From: Planctomycetota bacterium
GTDB taxonomy: Bacteria; Planctomycetota; B15-G4
Direction: 5' to 3'
DNA length: 64,000 bases
NCBI GenBank assembly: GCA_965248575.1
Contig: CBDFJQ010000002.1
Location: 1,888,001 to 1,952,000, forward strand
The position numbers were made by a program, and so were the translations under genes. Under the pieces are notes generated by a model that saw nothing but the letters and a program-made list of their open reading frames with translations, was not told where the DNA came from and did not search any database. Shown here piece by piece: positions 49,218 through 59,295 of the stretch; position 1 is the first letter of the stretch, and the number at the start of each line of letters is the position of its first letter.

Positions 49218-51476
49218 GTGAACCACCTGCTGAGCCTGCTCGTGCTGTTGAGCCTGCTGTCCTGCGGGGACGGCGTCCTTCAGCCACCAGCCCCCGAACA
49301 AGACGCATCCGCAGCTGAGACGGCCGCTGGATCCGAGGCCTCACCCAGCGAGGCCGATCTGAAGCCCTTCGTCTCCCAGCGCGCGGAGTTCCAGGCCATC
49401 GCCGACCGCCTGACAGCCAGCGACAATCTCTACCTGGGCCATGCCCAGCTGGAGACCCAACGCGTGCGCCTGGCACACGCCAGCCTGGCCGACTCCGAGC
49501 GCCTGGGCTTGCTCATGGAGAACTCCCTGGATCTGCTCCGCATTGGAGACGTGGACGGCAGCCTGCACCAGTTGGAGGAGGCTGCACGCCTAGCCAATCG
49601 CCTGGGGCTGAGCGATGAGCAACAAGTCCCCATCCATCAGCTGACGGGGCTGGCCTACCTGCGCCAGGCGGAGGTGGCCAACTGCATCCAGCGCCACAAT
49701 GCTGAGTGTTGCGTCTTCCCCTTGCGCGGCGCCGGCGTGCACGAAGAGCGCGCGCCAGCCTTGGCCGCTCAAGCCGCCTTCTACCGCAGCCTGGCCATCG
49801 CCCCCGGGCAATTGGACACCCGCTGGCTGCTGAACCTCTCGGCCATGGCCCTGGGCGATTGGCCCAAGGGAGTTCCCGCTGAGCTCCGCATCACTCCCAA
49901 GGCCTTCAAGTCCGAGCAACCCTTCCCGCACTTCGATGATGTCGCCGGCGCGTTGGGGGTCGACACCTTCAATCAGTGCGGCGGTGCCGTGGTGGAGGAC
50001 TTCGACGGCGACGGCCACCTGGACATCTTCACCACCACCTTTTCCATGCAGGGCCCGGCGACCTTCTACCGCGGTCGCGAGGGGCTCGCCTTCGACGACC
50101 ACTCCCAGCGCTCCCACGCAGACGACCAGCTGGGCGGCCTCAACTGCGTCGCAGCCGACTACGACTCCGACGGGGACGCCGATGTGCTGATCCTGCGCGG
50201 CGCATGGCTGTTCGACGACGGCCGCATTCGCAACTCGCTTCTGCAGAACGACGGACAAGCGCGCTTCCACGATGTCACCGAAGCAGCTGGCCTCTCCAGT
50301 CCCGCTGCACCGACGCAAGCCGCCTGCTTCGGAGACTTCAACGACGACGGGCAGCTCGACCTCTACATCGGCAACGAATCCCGCAAAGAACAGCGGGGAG
50401 ACGGGGACTACCCCAGCCAGCTGTTTCGCAACCTGGGTGCTGGTGCTCAGGAGGGCGGAGTCGGAACGACGCGCTTCCAGGACGTGGCAGCCGAAGCGGG
50501 CGTGAGCAACGATCGCTACGCCAAGGGCGTCGCAGCAGGGGACTACGACAACGACGGCGACCTCGACCTCTACGTCTCCAACGCGGGGGCCAACCGGCTC
50601 TATCGCAACGACGGCGACATGCGCTTCACCGATGTCGCCACGGAGTTGGGTGTGGCCGAGCCCGTGGGGCGCAGTTTCGCCTGCTGGTTCTTCGACCTCC
50701 AGAACGACGGTTGGCTGGATCTCTTCGTCGGAGCCTTCGACGCCAGCTTGAATGACGTCGCCGCCGACGCGCTCAATCAGCCCTTCAACGCCCAGCCCCC
50801 ACGCCTCTACCGCAACGACGAGGGGCGCTTCACCGACATCGCCCCCGCCTCCGGCCTCAACCACGCCTGGTTGCCCATGGGGGCAGGCTTCGGAGACCTG
50901 GACAGCGACGGTTTCCTAGACATCTATCTCGCCACCGGTGACCCCGGCTACCAGACCCTGGTGCCCAACGTGATGCTCAGGAATGACGGCGGCGAGGGCT
51001 TCAAGAACATCACCACCGTGGGCGGCTTCGGCCACCTGCAGAAGGGGCACGGCGTGGCCTTCGCCGACCTGGACAACGATGGCGATCAGGACCTCTACAA
51101 CCAGCTGGGCGGCTTCTATCCTGGGGACGCTTACGCCAACGCCCTGTTCCGCAACCCCGGCCACGAGAACCACTTCCTGTACGTCAGCCTGGTGGGAACG
51201 CAGAGCAACCGCTCAGGCATCGGTGCGCGGCTCAAGCTGATCGTCGAGGACGACGCGGGACAGCGCGAGATCCACCGCGCCGTGGGCAGCGTGAGTTCAT
51301 TTGGCGGAACACCCATCCGCCAGGAAATCGGGCTGGGTGCGGCGAGCCGGATCGTGTCGCTCGAGATCACCTGGCCCAGCAGCGGGATCCATCAGCTGCA
51401 CGAGCACGTGGGCCGGGACCGCTGGATCCAGGTGGTGGAGGGCGACTCCGCCATCACCAGCCTGCCCTTGCGATGA
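49218..51476 (+). CDS. CRTAC1/ASPIC-UnbV family lipoprotein with TPR-like N-terminus
   Basis: LLSC lipobox; NCIQRHNAECCVFPL; many DxDxDG repeats; GHLQKGHGVAFADLDNDGD; SNRSGIGARL..EIGLG..ITWP. Confidence 0.9.
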   Translation: MNHLLSLLVLLSLLSCGDGVLQPPAPEQDASAAETAAGSEASPSEADLKPFVSQRAEFQAIADRLTASDNLYLGHAQLETQRVRLAHASLADSERLGLLMENSLDLLRIGDVDGSLHQLEEAARLANRLGLSDEQQVPIHQLTGLAYLRQAEVANCIQRHNAECCVFPLRGAGVHEERAPALAAQAAFYRSLAIAPGQLDTRWLLNLSAMALGDWPKGVPAELRITPKAFKSEQPFPHFDDVAGALGVDTFNQCGGAVVEDFDGDGHLDIFTTTFSMQGPATFYRGREGLAFDDHSQRSHADDQLGGLNCVAADYDSDGDADVLILRGAWLFDDGRIRNSLLQNDGQARFHDVTEAAGLSSPAAPTQAACFGDFNDDGQLDLYIGNESRKEQRGDGDYPSQLFRNLGAGAQEGGVGTTRFQDVAAEAGVSNDRYAKGVAAGDYDNDGDLDLYVSNAGANRLYRNDGDMRFTDVATELGVAEPVGRSFACWFFDLQNDGWLDLFVGAFDASLNDVAADALNQPFNAQPPRLYRNDEGRFTDIAPASGLNHAWLPMGAGFGDLDSDGFLDIYLATGDPGYQTLVPNVMLRNDGGEGFKNITTVGGFGHLQKGHGVAFADLDNDGDQDLYNQLGGFYPGDAYANALFRNPGHENHFLYVSLVGTQSNRSGIGARLKLIVEDDAGQREIHRAVGSVSSFGGTPIRQEIGLGAASRIVSLEITWPSSGIHQLHEHVGRDRWIQVVEGDSAITSLPLR

Positions 51477-51531
51477 ACAAGACGCTGAGGCATTCGCCGG
51501 GCACGTGACAGCAGCCCCTCCGGCCCTCCGT

Positions 51532-54006
51532 TCAGTCGCGAATGACCACCGACTCGACCGTGGAGAACAAGACCTGACCCGTGAGGCCCCCGGTGTCGTC
51601 CTGGACGCTCTGGAAGTGCACGGACACGTCGATCAGCGCGGGGCTGTGGGGAACCATCACCGTCACTTCATTGCCCAGCGGACGCAACTTGCCCGCCTGG
51701 AGAATGAAGAAGGGAGCGCCCAGATCCAGGACACCCCCGGCGAAGGGGGCCGCGCCGAGGTTCAGCGACCACAGGGTGACGAAGAACTCTCCCACGCTGC
51801 CGTAGGTCGTGAAGCTGACCTGGCTGCCACGGGTGGGGTTCAGCTCGCTGGCCTTGACGATGCCGAGCAGGCGCAAAGCCGCATCCCGCACCTGCACCTT
51901 GCCCGCACCAAAGAGGTTGTCCTTGCCGGGCGCGCCGAGATCCTTGGCGCTGCGTTGCAGTGCCTGAGCCACGTGACGGGGCGCGGCCAGGGGCTGCGCC
52001 GAGAGCAACAGCGCGAGGCTGCCACCCAGATGCGGTGTGGACGCGGACGTCCCGCCGAAGCTCGAGTTGTAGCCCACGCCATTCGTGGTGGTCACGACGT
52101 TGGTGAAGGTCACGACGTCCGGCTTGATCAAGCCCTGCCCTGAGCCACCGAAACCACCGACCGGGAAGTCGAAGAAGGCCGGGTCTTGAGCGTGCGGATA
52201 GTCCGGCGCATAGATCGTGATGTCCTCCCAGGCCACGGGGCCCGAGCCCGAGGGCACATAGTGGCTCTCGTCCACGATGATCCCACCGCAGGACATGACC
52301 CCACCAGCGCTGACACCTTGCTGCAACTGGACGGGGTGCAGCCAGGGCGCGGGCACGAGGCCCGGCGCGGAGATGTTGAAGGGGATCGGCGCCGCGGGGC
52401 TGCTGCCGTCGTTGCCGATGGAGTTGGCGTGGATGATGCCAGCCGCCAGCACCATCTCTTCGACGACACGGTGCATGTGGTAGTCGGGCTGGGGGTTGAA
52501 GTACCACTTGTACGAATGGCTCGAGGAGCTGCAATCGATGCCGACCGAGATGCCCCACTGCTGGGCAGCCCAGTGGTCCGTGGAACCGCCGATGCGTGCG
52601 ACGGCCATCTTCGCACCAGGCGCCATGCCGGTCTGGAAGATCCCCGACGCGCCGTCGCCCACCATGATGCCGCTCGTGTTTGTCCCGTGGGTCAGCGCGG
52701 TGCTCGGGTCGTTGTCGTCGTCGATGAAGTCCCAGCCCATGAAGTCGTCGATGAAGCCATTGTTGTCGTTGTCGACACCATCCACGGGATCGTTGGGGTT
52801 GGCCCAGACCCGGTTGGCGAGGTCCGGATGCGTGGTGTCCACGCCGTCGTCGATGTTCAGGATGCTGACACCCTGACCGTTGAAGCCCAGGGCCCAGAGG
52901 TCCGGCGCCTGGAGACCGACGAGATTCGGCTGCGGCCCGGGCACGGGCGGCGGCGCGAAGCCGTCGGCCAGCTGGACATCATCGAGCGAGATGCCATCGG
53001 TCTCCGGCGCGAAGTTGTCTGCCCAGCGCCAGCGCAGCATGAAGTTCGCGCCGTAGCTCAAGCCCAGGGGATCGAGGTCATGGGTGCGCGTGATGTACAG
53101 CCCGTCCTGCCCCGTGAGGTCAGCGACCTTGACCCAGTTCGCCCCACCATCGTCGGAGGCTTCGAGGATGTCGGCACCCGCGTTGAACTCGTCGAAGATG
53201 TCCTTGAAGCGGTAGCGCAGCGAAGCCGTCGTCACACCCGACAAGTCGACCGACAGGTTCAGCACGGCGGTGGACGCGCAGTTGTCGATAGTGGATGCGA
53301 TCACGACGTGGAAGCTGCCGGACGAGGGCCCGTAGAGGTTCGTGACGGACGCGTCGCCGCACCCCGTACTCGAAGTGCTCCAGACCCCAGACAGGGATCC
53401 CGTCTCGAAGTCATCCGAGAAGTAGGTGCTGAAGCCGCCGCCGTCGGACGTCCCCAGGTCATCCTGGTATTCGCTGGGCTCGCGCTGGGGGTCCCAGCTG
53501 ATGCTGCGCACATCCGGCCTGGCGGCCACATCCAGGATGGCTTCAGCCGAACCGTGGAAGACCACCGTGTTGTTGATCCACAAGGGGCGCACCCGCTGCA
53601 CGGCACCCGAGTTGCGCAAGCCCTCCAAGGCTGCCAGCACTCCCGCCTGACGCGACTGGGCATGGGCCTTCAGCCGACTGGCCACGAAGGCCTGGCGCTG
53701 CCCGCGCCCCAGGTTCTCCACCTGCCCGCGGAAGTCCGCACCACGCAGCTCATCGCCCAAGACGGCGTAGACCCGATACACCGCCGAAACATCAGCGGAC
53801 GCCATCGCCTCCAACAGTTCACTGGCGATCTTGCCCTGGCTGGATGCGCTCAACGAGGGGCTCAGCGCTTGGGCCATCAAAGCCTGCGAGAGCAGGCCCA
53901 GGGCGAGTGCGGGGAGACAACAGGAGCTGCGAGTCAAGACGCGCCGGGAGAGCCACATGTGCGGAGTCCAGGAAGTGCTGGGAAGCTGAGAGAGAGGTGT
54001 ATCCAA
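51532..54006 (-). CDS. Secreted S8 (subtilisin-like) peptidase with inserted beta-sandwich and C-terminal module
   Basis: Catalytic D (NIDDG), H (HGTNTSG), S (GTSASTPH); DGVDNDNNGFIDDFMGWDF; IKPDV. Start may be 53958. Confidence 0.9.
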   Translation of the reverse strand: MDTPLSQLPSTSWTPHMWLSRRVLTRSSCCLPALALGLLSQALMAQALSPSLSASSQGKIASELLEAMASADVSAVYRVYAVLGDELRGADFRGQVENLGRGQRQAFVASRLKAHAQSRQAGVLAALEGLRNSGAVQRVRPLWINNTVVFHGSAEAILDVAARPDVRSISWDPQREPSEYQDDLGTSDGGGFSTYFSDDFETGSLSGVWSTSSTGCGDASVTNLYGPSSGSFHVVIASTIDNCASTAVLNLSVDLSGVTTASLRYRFKDIFDEFNAGADILEASDDGGANWVKVADLTGQDGLYITRTHDLDPLGLSYGANFMLRWRWADNFAPETDGISLDDVQLADGFAPPPVPGPQPNLVGLQAPDLWALGFNGQGVSILNIDDGVDTTHPDLANRVWANPNDPVDGVDNDNNGFIDDFMGWDFIDDDNDPSTALTHGTNTSGIMVGDGASGIFQTGMAPGAKMAVARIGGSTDHWAAQQWGISVGIDCSSSSHSYKWYFNPQPDYHMHRVVEEMVLAAGIIHANSIGNDGSSPAAPIPFNISAPGLVPAPWLHPVQLQQGVSAGGVMSCGGIIVDESHYVPSGSGPVAWEDITIYAPDYPHAQDPAFFDFPVGGFGGSGQGLIKPDVVTFTNVVTTTNGVGYNSSFGGTSASTPHLGGSLALLLSAQPLAAPRHVAQALQRSAKDLGAPGKDNLFGAGKVQVRDAALRLLGIVKASELNPTRGSQVSFTTYGSVGEFFVTLWSLNLGAAPFAGGVLDLGAPFFILQAGKLRPLGNEVTVMVPHSPALIDVSVHFQSVQDDTGGLTGQVLFSTVESVVIRD

Positions 54007-54191
54007 CGACCGTCAGACGACGGTCGCAACGGATGCGGGCATCCTCTGAATTCGGCACACCGTGAACCCCAGCTGAAGCTGGAGGCGCGGGAACAGGGGA
54101 CCGCAAGCAGAGGACCTCAAAGATAGCCGGGGATCGGGTGCTTGTGGGGCCGAATCGGGCCGGGCCGAGATCGGGTGGGCTTGAGCCCGCC

Positions 54192-55376
54192 TCAGGCGAG
54201 AACGCTCGCGGCCAGGAACCCCAGGTAGGTCCCCGCAGCCGTCCCCAGCGAGCCCACCAGGATGGCCGGCAGCACGAGGTCCGAACGACGCAGACTGCGC
54301 GCCATGGCCAGTGCCGTCGTTCCCCCGCCTACGTTCGCAACGCTCGCCACGGCAGCCATCTCCACGTCTGCGCCCAACAGGAGGGCGCCTCCAAAGCACA
54401 CCAGGCCGTGCACGCAGAGAATCACCACCACGAACAGCAGCATCGTGGGACCCAAGGCGCCCATGGCCTCGAAGGCGGCGAGGTCGCAGTACGCACCGAT
54501 CACAGCCAAGAACAACAGCACTCCGAACATGCCCATCAGGCGCGGGCCTCGCAGGCGTGCGATGGCCGGAACCTGTGCCAGGATCAACGCCACCGTGGTG
54601 AGCACCAGGACCGACGGCAGCTCGCGCCCGAACCACTCGCCCGACCATTCGGAGACGGCGCGCGAAAGCACCAACGCCCCGGCGCCGAGTCCGAGCACGA
54701 GACCCAGCTCGAGCGGAGATGCCCGTTCCTCGTCGTGCGTTTCCTTGCCCTCCCCGGGCAGGGCCGCGCCGGCCTGAGCTGCAAGCCCTTCCGCTCCCCC
54801 GCGCCGCGCCCGGACGGGCATCCAGCGCGAGAGTACGCGCGGCACGATCAGGGCCACGATCATCCAAACCGACGTCAGGATGCTGTCAACAGCCACGGCA
54901 CCTGTGTAGAGCGCACCCTCCTGAGTGACACCGTAGTGCGTTCCGATCAAGTTGAAGTTGAGGCTCCCGCCGACGTAGGTGCCCACGAACATTCCGCCCA
55001 AGGCGTGCTGCAACTCGCCGAAGGCCTGCGGGCCGTCAACAACGGACATGCCTACCATCACACCGGCGAATGTCCCCAACGCGCCCAAGCCAAACAGACC
55101 GATCATGGGCAGCCCGGCTTGGCGCACGTCGGCCAGACGCACTCCGAGCAGCAGCAGGAAGATGGAGAGCGGAGCGACGTCCGCAAAGATGCTCTCGTAA
55201 AGAGGTTGCGGGTCGGTCCCGGTGGGAATCAGGCCCAGGTTGGCCCAGACCGCCGTGAGCAGGATCACCAGCAAGGCCGCACCAAAGTGGCGCAAGGGCG
55301 TGTGACGACTGAGCCACTCGGACAAGCTGACCGTCACGCCAAGCACCGCAAGAATCGCGAGGGGCTCGTCGAACAT
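54192..55376 (-). CDS. DUF819 family integral membrane protein
   Basis: About 10 hydrophobic segments; GTYVGGSLNF, ASVANVGGGTTA, GSLGTAAGTYLG. Confidence 0.85.
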   Translation of the reverse strand: MFDEPLAILAVLGVTVSLSEWLSRHTPLRHFGAALLVILLTAVWANLGLIPTGTDPQPLYESIFADVAPLSIFLLLLGVRLADVRQAGLPMIGLFGLGALGTFAGVMVGMSVVDGPQAFGELQHALGGMFVGTYVGGSLNFNLIGTHYGVTQEGALYTGAVAVDSILTSVWMIVALIVPRVLSRWMPVRARRGGAEGLAAQAGAALPGEGKETHDEERASPLELGLVLGLGAGALVLSRAVSEWSGEWFGRELPSVLVLTTVALILAQVPAIARLRGPRLMGMFGVLLFLAVIGAYCDLAAFEAMGALGPTMLLFVVVILCVHGLVCFGGALLLGADVEMAAVASVANVGGGTTALAMARSLRRSDLVLPAILVGSLGTAAGTYLGFLAASVLA

Positions 55377-55534
55377 CGGCTGATGACACCACCGGGAAGC
55401 CCCCGCCGCAAGCGGAGACCGTCAGCCCGGGTCGCGTTCAGGGGAACCTCACGTTGATCCTTCGGGACCCGATCACCATGCTTGGCTGCCCCTCACCTCC
55501 GCTCCCGCCCCCAGCAGACTCCTGAGCCGCTTGC

Positions 55535-56965
55535 ATGGATCGCAGCACGGCCATCCTCGTCACCTTGGTGACGTACAAGCTGGTGTTGCTCTCGTTGGGG
55601 GTCTGGGGCGCACGCCGCACCAGCAGCACGGCCGACTACTTCCTCGGCGGCCGATCGCTGGGACCCTGGGTGGCGGCGATCAGCGCGTCGGCCAGCGGTG
55701 CCTCAGCCTGGACCATCATGGGTGTCAGTGGGGCCGCCTGGTCCAGCGGCCTGTCTGCTCTGTGGATCTTCCCTGCCTGTGTTGGCGGCATCGCCTTCAA
55801 CTGGTTCGTGCTCGCCCCGGGGCTGCGCCGTCTCTCAGCGGAACGGAACGCGCTCACGGTGACGGAACTCCTGGCGGGCCCTCGAGGTGCCCCCCTGAGC
55901 GGAGCCATCCGCAGCGTGGCGTCCCTGATCGTCCTGGTCTCCTTGGGATTCTACGTGTGCTCGCAGTTCCAGGGTGCAGGGAAGACCTTCAGCGCCACCT
56001 TCGACATCAGCCGCACCGAAAGCGTCTTGATCGGCGCAGGGGTCGTGGTCCTCTACACCCTCATCGGTGGGTTCTGGGCCGTGAGTCTGACGGACACCTT
56101 GCAAGGGCTGCTCATGGCAGCGACAGCCGTGATCCTGCCCGTGGCCGCCTTGATCGAGGTGGGAGGTTTCGGAGCGCTCTTCGACGGCATGGCCCAGGTC
56201 GACAAGGAAGGCTTCCTCAGCCTGACCAAGAACATGCCGCTCTGGTCGGGGGTCGGATTCGTGGCGGGAACGCTCGGCATCGGCCTGGGGTTCCCCGGCC
56301 AGCCTCATGTGGTCTGCCGCCTGATGGCCTTGCGACCTGGCGACCGTTCCCTGCGTCAGGCCAGACTCATTGCCGTGAGCTGGGGTGCCGTGGTGTTCAC
56401 GGGCATGTTGCTGCTCGGTTGGTGCGGCCGACTCTTGTTGCCCGCACTCGCCGACGGCGAACAGGTCTTCGTCGAGGCAACCAACAGCTTGTTCTCGCCC
56501 ATGGTGGCCGGGGTCATGATCGCGGCCGTGTTGAGCGCCATCATGTCGACCGCAGACAGCCAGCTGCTGGTGGCAGGCTCTGCCGTGACCCACGACATGG
56601 GGCTGGGCGGCAGCAATCAACGCACGGTACTGCTGCGTTCGCGGCTCGTGGTGCTGGGCCTGAGTGGCTTCGCCGTGGCAGCCGCCGCCCTGAGCGACGA
56701 GTCCATCTTCAACCAGGTGCTGTTCGCCTGGGGTGCGATGGGAGCCGCCTTCGGCCCGTTGCTGGTCGTCACGGTCTTGCGTGGGCCCGTCAGCCCGGGC
56801 CGCAGTCTGAGCGCCATGCTCGTGGGCTGCAGCGCGAGCGTCGTGGCCTACTACACCGTCAGCGAACCCTCGGCCAAGGCCCTGGAGCGGGTGCTGCCCT
56901 ACGCCCTCGCCTTCGCCATCGCGCTCTGGCCGGCGCGCCGGTCCAGTGCATCAGCGTCAAGCTGA
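55535..56965 (+). CDS. Sodium:solute symporter (PutP-like)
   Basis: DYFLGGRSLGPWVAAISASAS, YTLIGGFWAVSLTDTLQG, GFPGQPHV, SAIMSTADSQLL. Confidence 0.92.
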   Translation: MDRSTAILVTLVTYKLVLLSLGVWGARRTSSTADYFLGGRSLGPWVAAISASASGASAWTIMGVSGAAWSSGLSALWIFPACVGGIAFNWFVLAPGLRRLSAERNALTVTELLAGPRGAPLSGAIRSVASLIVLVSLGFYVCSQFQGAGKTFSATFDISRTESVLIGAGVVVLYTLIGGFWAVSLTDTLQGLLMAATAVILPVAALIEVGGFGALFDGMAQVDKEGFLSLTKNMPLWSGVGFVAGTLGIGLGFPGQPHVVCRLMALRPGDRSLRQARLIAVSWGAVVFTGMLLLGWCGRLLLPALADGEQVFVEATNSLFSPMVAGVMIAAVLSAIMSTADSQLLVAGSAVTHDMGLGGSNQRTVLLRSRLVVLGLSGFAVAAAALSDESIFNQVLFAWGAMGAAFGPLLVVTVLRGPVSPGRSLSAMLVGCSASVVAYYTVSEPSAKALERVLPYALAFAIALWPARRSSASASS

Positions 56966-56978
56966 GCTCGACCTGAAC

Positions 56979-57530
56979 CTAGAACAGGTGGATCAGGACG
57001 TCGTCGCCCTGGGCTTCCGTGTGTGAAGGCGTCGTGTCGATCGTGCCGTCCGGTCCAGCGCTCAAGACCTTGATGCGCTGAGTGCCCGCCTGCAGTCCAT
57101 CGATGTTGGCCAGGTAGGCGTTGCCCCACGGATCGGGCATGAGGATCTGGATGTAGCGACCCTTGTCCACGTTGTTGAGCAGATCGAGGGGCGTGGCGCC
57201 TTCGTCGTCGGCGAAGGGCGCCGCCGCAGGAAGATCACCGGGCCCATAGAGCCAGGACACGCGCTGCAGATCCTGCTCCTGCAACTGGCCCTCGGCGGAG
57301 AACTGGCGCAAGCCAACGGCGATGGTCTGCATGTCGAGGTAGACCCGCTCTGCACGGGCCGCAGAACCAACGTTGCCAGCGCCCGTACCGATCACGCCAG
57401 CTTGGCCGATCAGCAGGCCCAGGACCGCCGCGAACGCCAGGCGCGGTATCTGCCGGCTCTTGGGCTCCTTGCGGTACTTGGCCGGCTCGTAGGGGTTCGA
57501 GACCGACGTCGGCAACGTGCTGTTCTTCAT
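56979..57530 (-). CDS. GspG/pseudopilin-like protein lacking a canonical prepilin motif
   Basis: N-terminal TM; C-terminal GRYIQILMPDPWGNAY...VLSAGPDG...GDD, typical of the T2SS G domain. Confidence 0.7.
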   Translation of the reverse strand: MKNSTLPTSVSNPYEPAKYRKEPKSRQIPRLAFAAVLGLLIGQAGVIGTGAGNVGSAARAERVYLDMQTIAVGLRQFSAEGQLQEQDLQRVSWLYGPGDLPAAAPFADDEGATPLDLLNNVDKGRYIQILMPDPWGNAYLANIDGLQAGTQRIKVLSAGPDGTIDTTPSHTEAQGDDVLIHLF

Positions 57531-57920
57531 GGCTGGACTTCCTAAGGACCCGGATTCGCACTCCCTTGTTCGGGCAGGTCGGCCCTCCGCATTGAGGGAA
57601 ATCTGTGGTCCCGGCTCAGGATTCAGCAGTTTTTCACCCTGGCAGCACAAGTCCACGAAGCCGGGCTCCAGCAGGCCAAGAATCCGCGCCCAAGCACCAC
57701 TTTCGCGCCCCCATACCCTGCTCTCAGAACGAAGGCAAATCCCCGCTTTGCAGGCCGTGGACGCCCTTGCCCGGCCCAGGGAGCGGGATAGTGTTCGGAC
57801 ACTCCAGCACCTGCCCGTGCCCTTTTCCCACACCTTCTCGGTCCGCCAATGCTCAACGTCCGCACGCTCGTTCCATCGCAGCCGTCCCGTGCTGCCCGTG
57901 CGTCCGCTGACCGGGAAACC

Positions 57921-58490
57921 ATGGTCTCCCAGCATGCTCCCCGCTGTCCTGGCTACACCCTGGTCGAACTGCTCATCGTTCTGGTCATCCTGGGCATTCT
58001 GGCCGCGGTCGTCATGCCCAAGATGGGTGACTTCCGGGATGGTGCGCAGGACGTGAAACTGTCTGGCGACCTGAGCACGATTCGCGAGGCCATCGAACAC
58101 TACAAGCTGACCCACGGCGGCCTCGCCCCCCATCTGGATCCTGTCGCCCAGCTGACCAGCATCACCGACCCGAAGGGAACGCTGAAAAACGTTCCTGCGG
58201 ACGCGCCCGGCAAAGCTGGCAGGACCCGTGTCCCAGGGGGAGGGCTCTCGACGACGTCGCCCAACGACACCAGCAGCACCACCCCTTTTGTCGGCCCCGA
58301 GCTGGGCCCGTTCTTGCGCCCGCCCTTCCCCGCCAACCCGGTCAGCAAGCTGAAGAGCGTCCGCATCGTCGACAGCATGCCGCCCTTCGCCGACGGCCAG
58401 ACCGGCTGGATCTACGCGCGCACCACGGGTGTGCTCAAGGCGAACAGCTCCGGCACCGCTTCCGACGGCCGGCGCTACTTCGACCTCTGA
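57921..58490 (+). CDS. Type IV pilin / pseudopilin (prepilin N-methylation motif)
   Basis: G|YTLVELLIVLVILGILAAVVMP; IREAIEHYK; GPFLRPPFPANP; GWIY. Confidence 0.9.
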   Translation: MVSQHAPRCPGYTLVELLIVLVILGILAAVVMPKMGDFRDGAQDVKLSGDLSTIREAIEHYKLTHGGLAPHLDPVAQLTSITDPKGTLKNVPADAPGKAGRTRVPGGGLSTTSPNDTSSTTPFVGPELGPFLRPPFPANPVSKLKSVRIVDSMPPFADGQTGWIYARTTGVLKANSSGTASDGRRYFDL

Positions 58491-58511
58491 CCACGCACGG
58501 GCACCGCCTGC

Positions 58512-59105
58512 CTAACGCAACGGCACCCCGCCCGCGCTCAGCACCTTCAGGATCATCTGGTGCGTCATGCCCCAGACCAGGCGCTCGCCGTAGCGCCACG
58601 CGGGAAGTTGCCGGATCACTCCTGAACGCGCGTGGCGATGCTCCGTGTCCAGGCGGCCACTGAGCACCTCTTCGAGGGGGAGCCAGAAACACTCCTGGGC
58701 CTCGACTCCTGGTACGGGCTCCGCCGGCTGCTCCAACCGGAAGACGAAGGGCGTGATGTCCATCCTGGGGATGGTGCCGCCCGCGACGGCCTGGAATGGC
58801 TCCAGCTGGCACAACAGTCGCGCCGAGCGGTCGAGGTCCAGACCGACCTCTTCGCGGGTCTCGCGCAGAGCCGTCTCCAACAAGCTGGTGTCCTTCGGAT
58901 CCACCCGACCGCCGGGCATGGAGATATGCCCGGACCAGGGGTCACCCGGGTATTCGATCCGACGCATAAGAAGCAACTCACGCGCCTCCTCTGGACCACG
59001 CAGAACCGCAGCCACGGCGGCCCGCCGCTGGGGCGGCTGCTGCACCTCGGGCGCCCGATGAAGCGCGAGGCGATCTTCGAAATCAGGGGGTAGGGCCGGG
59101 GTCAT
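58512..59105 (-). CDS. NUDIX hydrolase, CoA pyrophosphatase family
   Basis: AAVAAVL, WSGHISMPGGR, ETALRETREEVGL (Nudix box), VWGMT. Confidence 0.9.
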   Translation of the reverse strand: MTPALPPDFEDRLALHRAPEVQQPPQRRAAVAAVLRGPEEARELLLMRRIEYPGDPWSGHISMPGGRVDPKDTSLLETALRETREEVGLDLDRSARLLCQLEPFQAVAGGTIPRMDITPFVFRLEQPAEPVPGVEAQECFWLPLEEVLSGRLDTEHRHARSGVIRQLPAWRYGERLVWGMTHQMILKVLSAGGVPLR

Positions 59106-59295
59106 GGGGAGCGAACAGAACGCGTGGAATGAGGCGGCTTTCAAACGGGACGGTCGACCCAGAGCGTAGCAGTCCTCACCAAGAGCCTGGCAGGGTGGAG
59201 GGCGGGCGGCCCCATTCCGTCCCGCTCCTGGTCGCTTGCTATTCTCCTCGCCTTGCTCACGCCCGTCGGCCCTGCACTCCGCACCGAGCCCCTTC

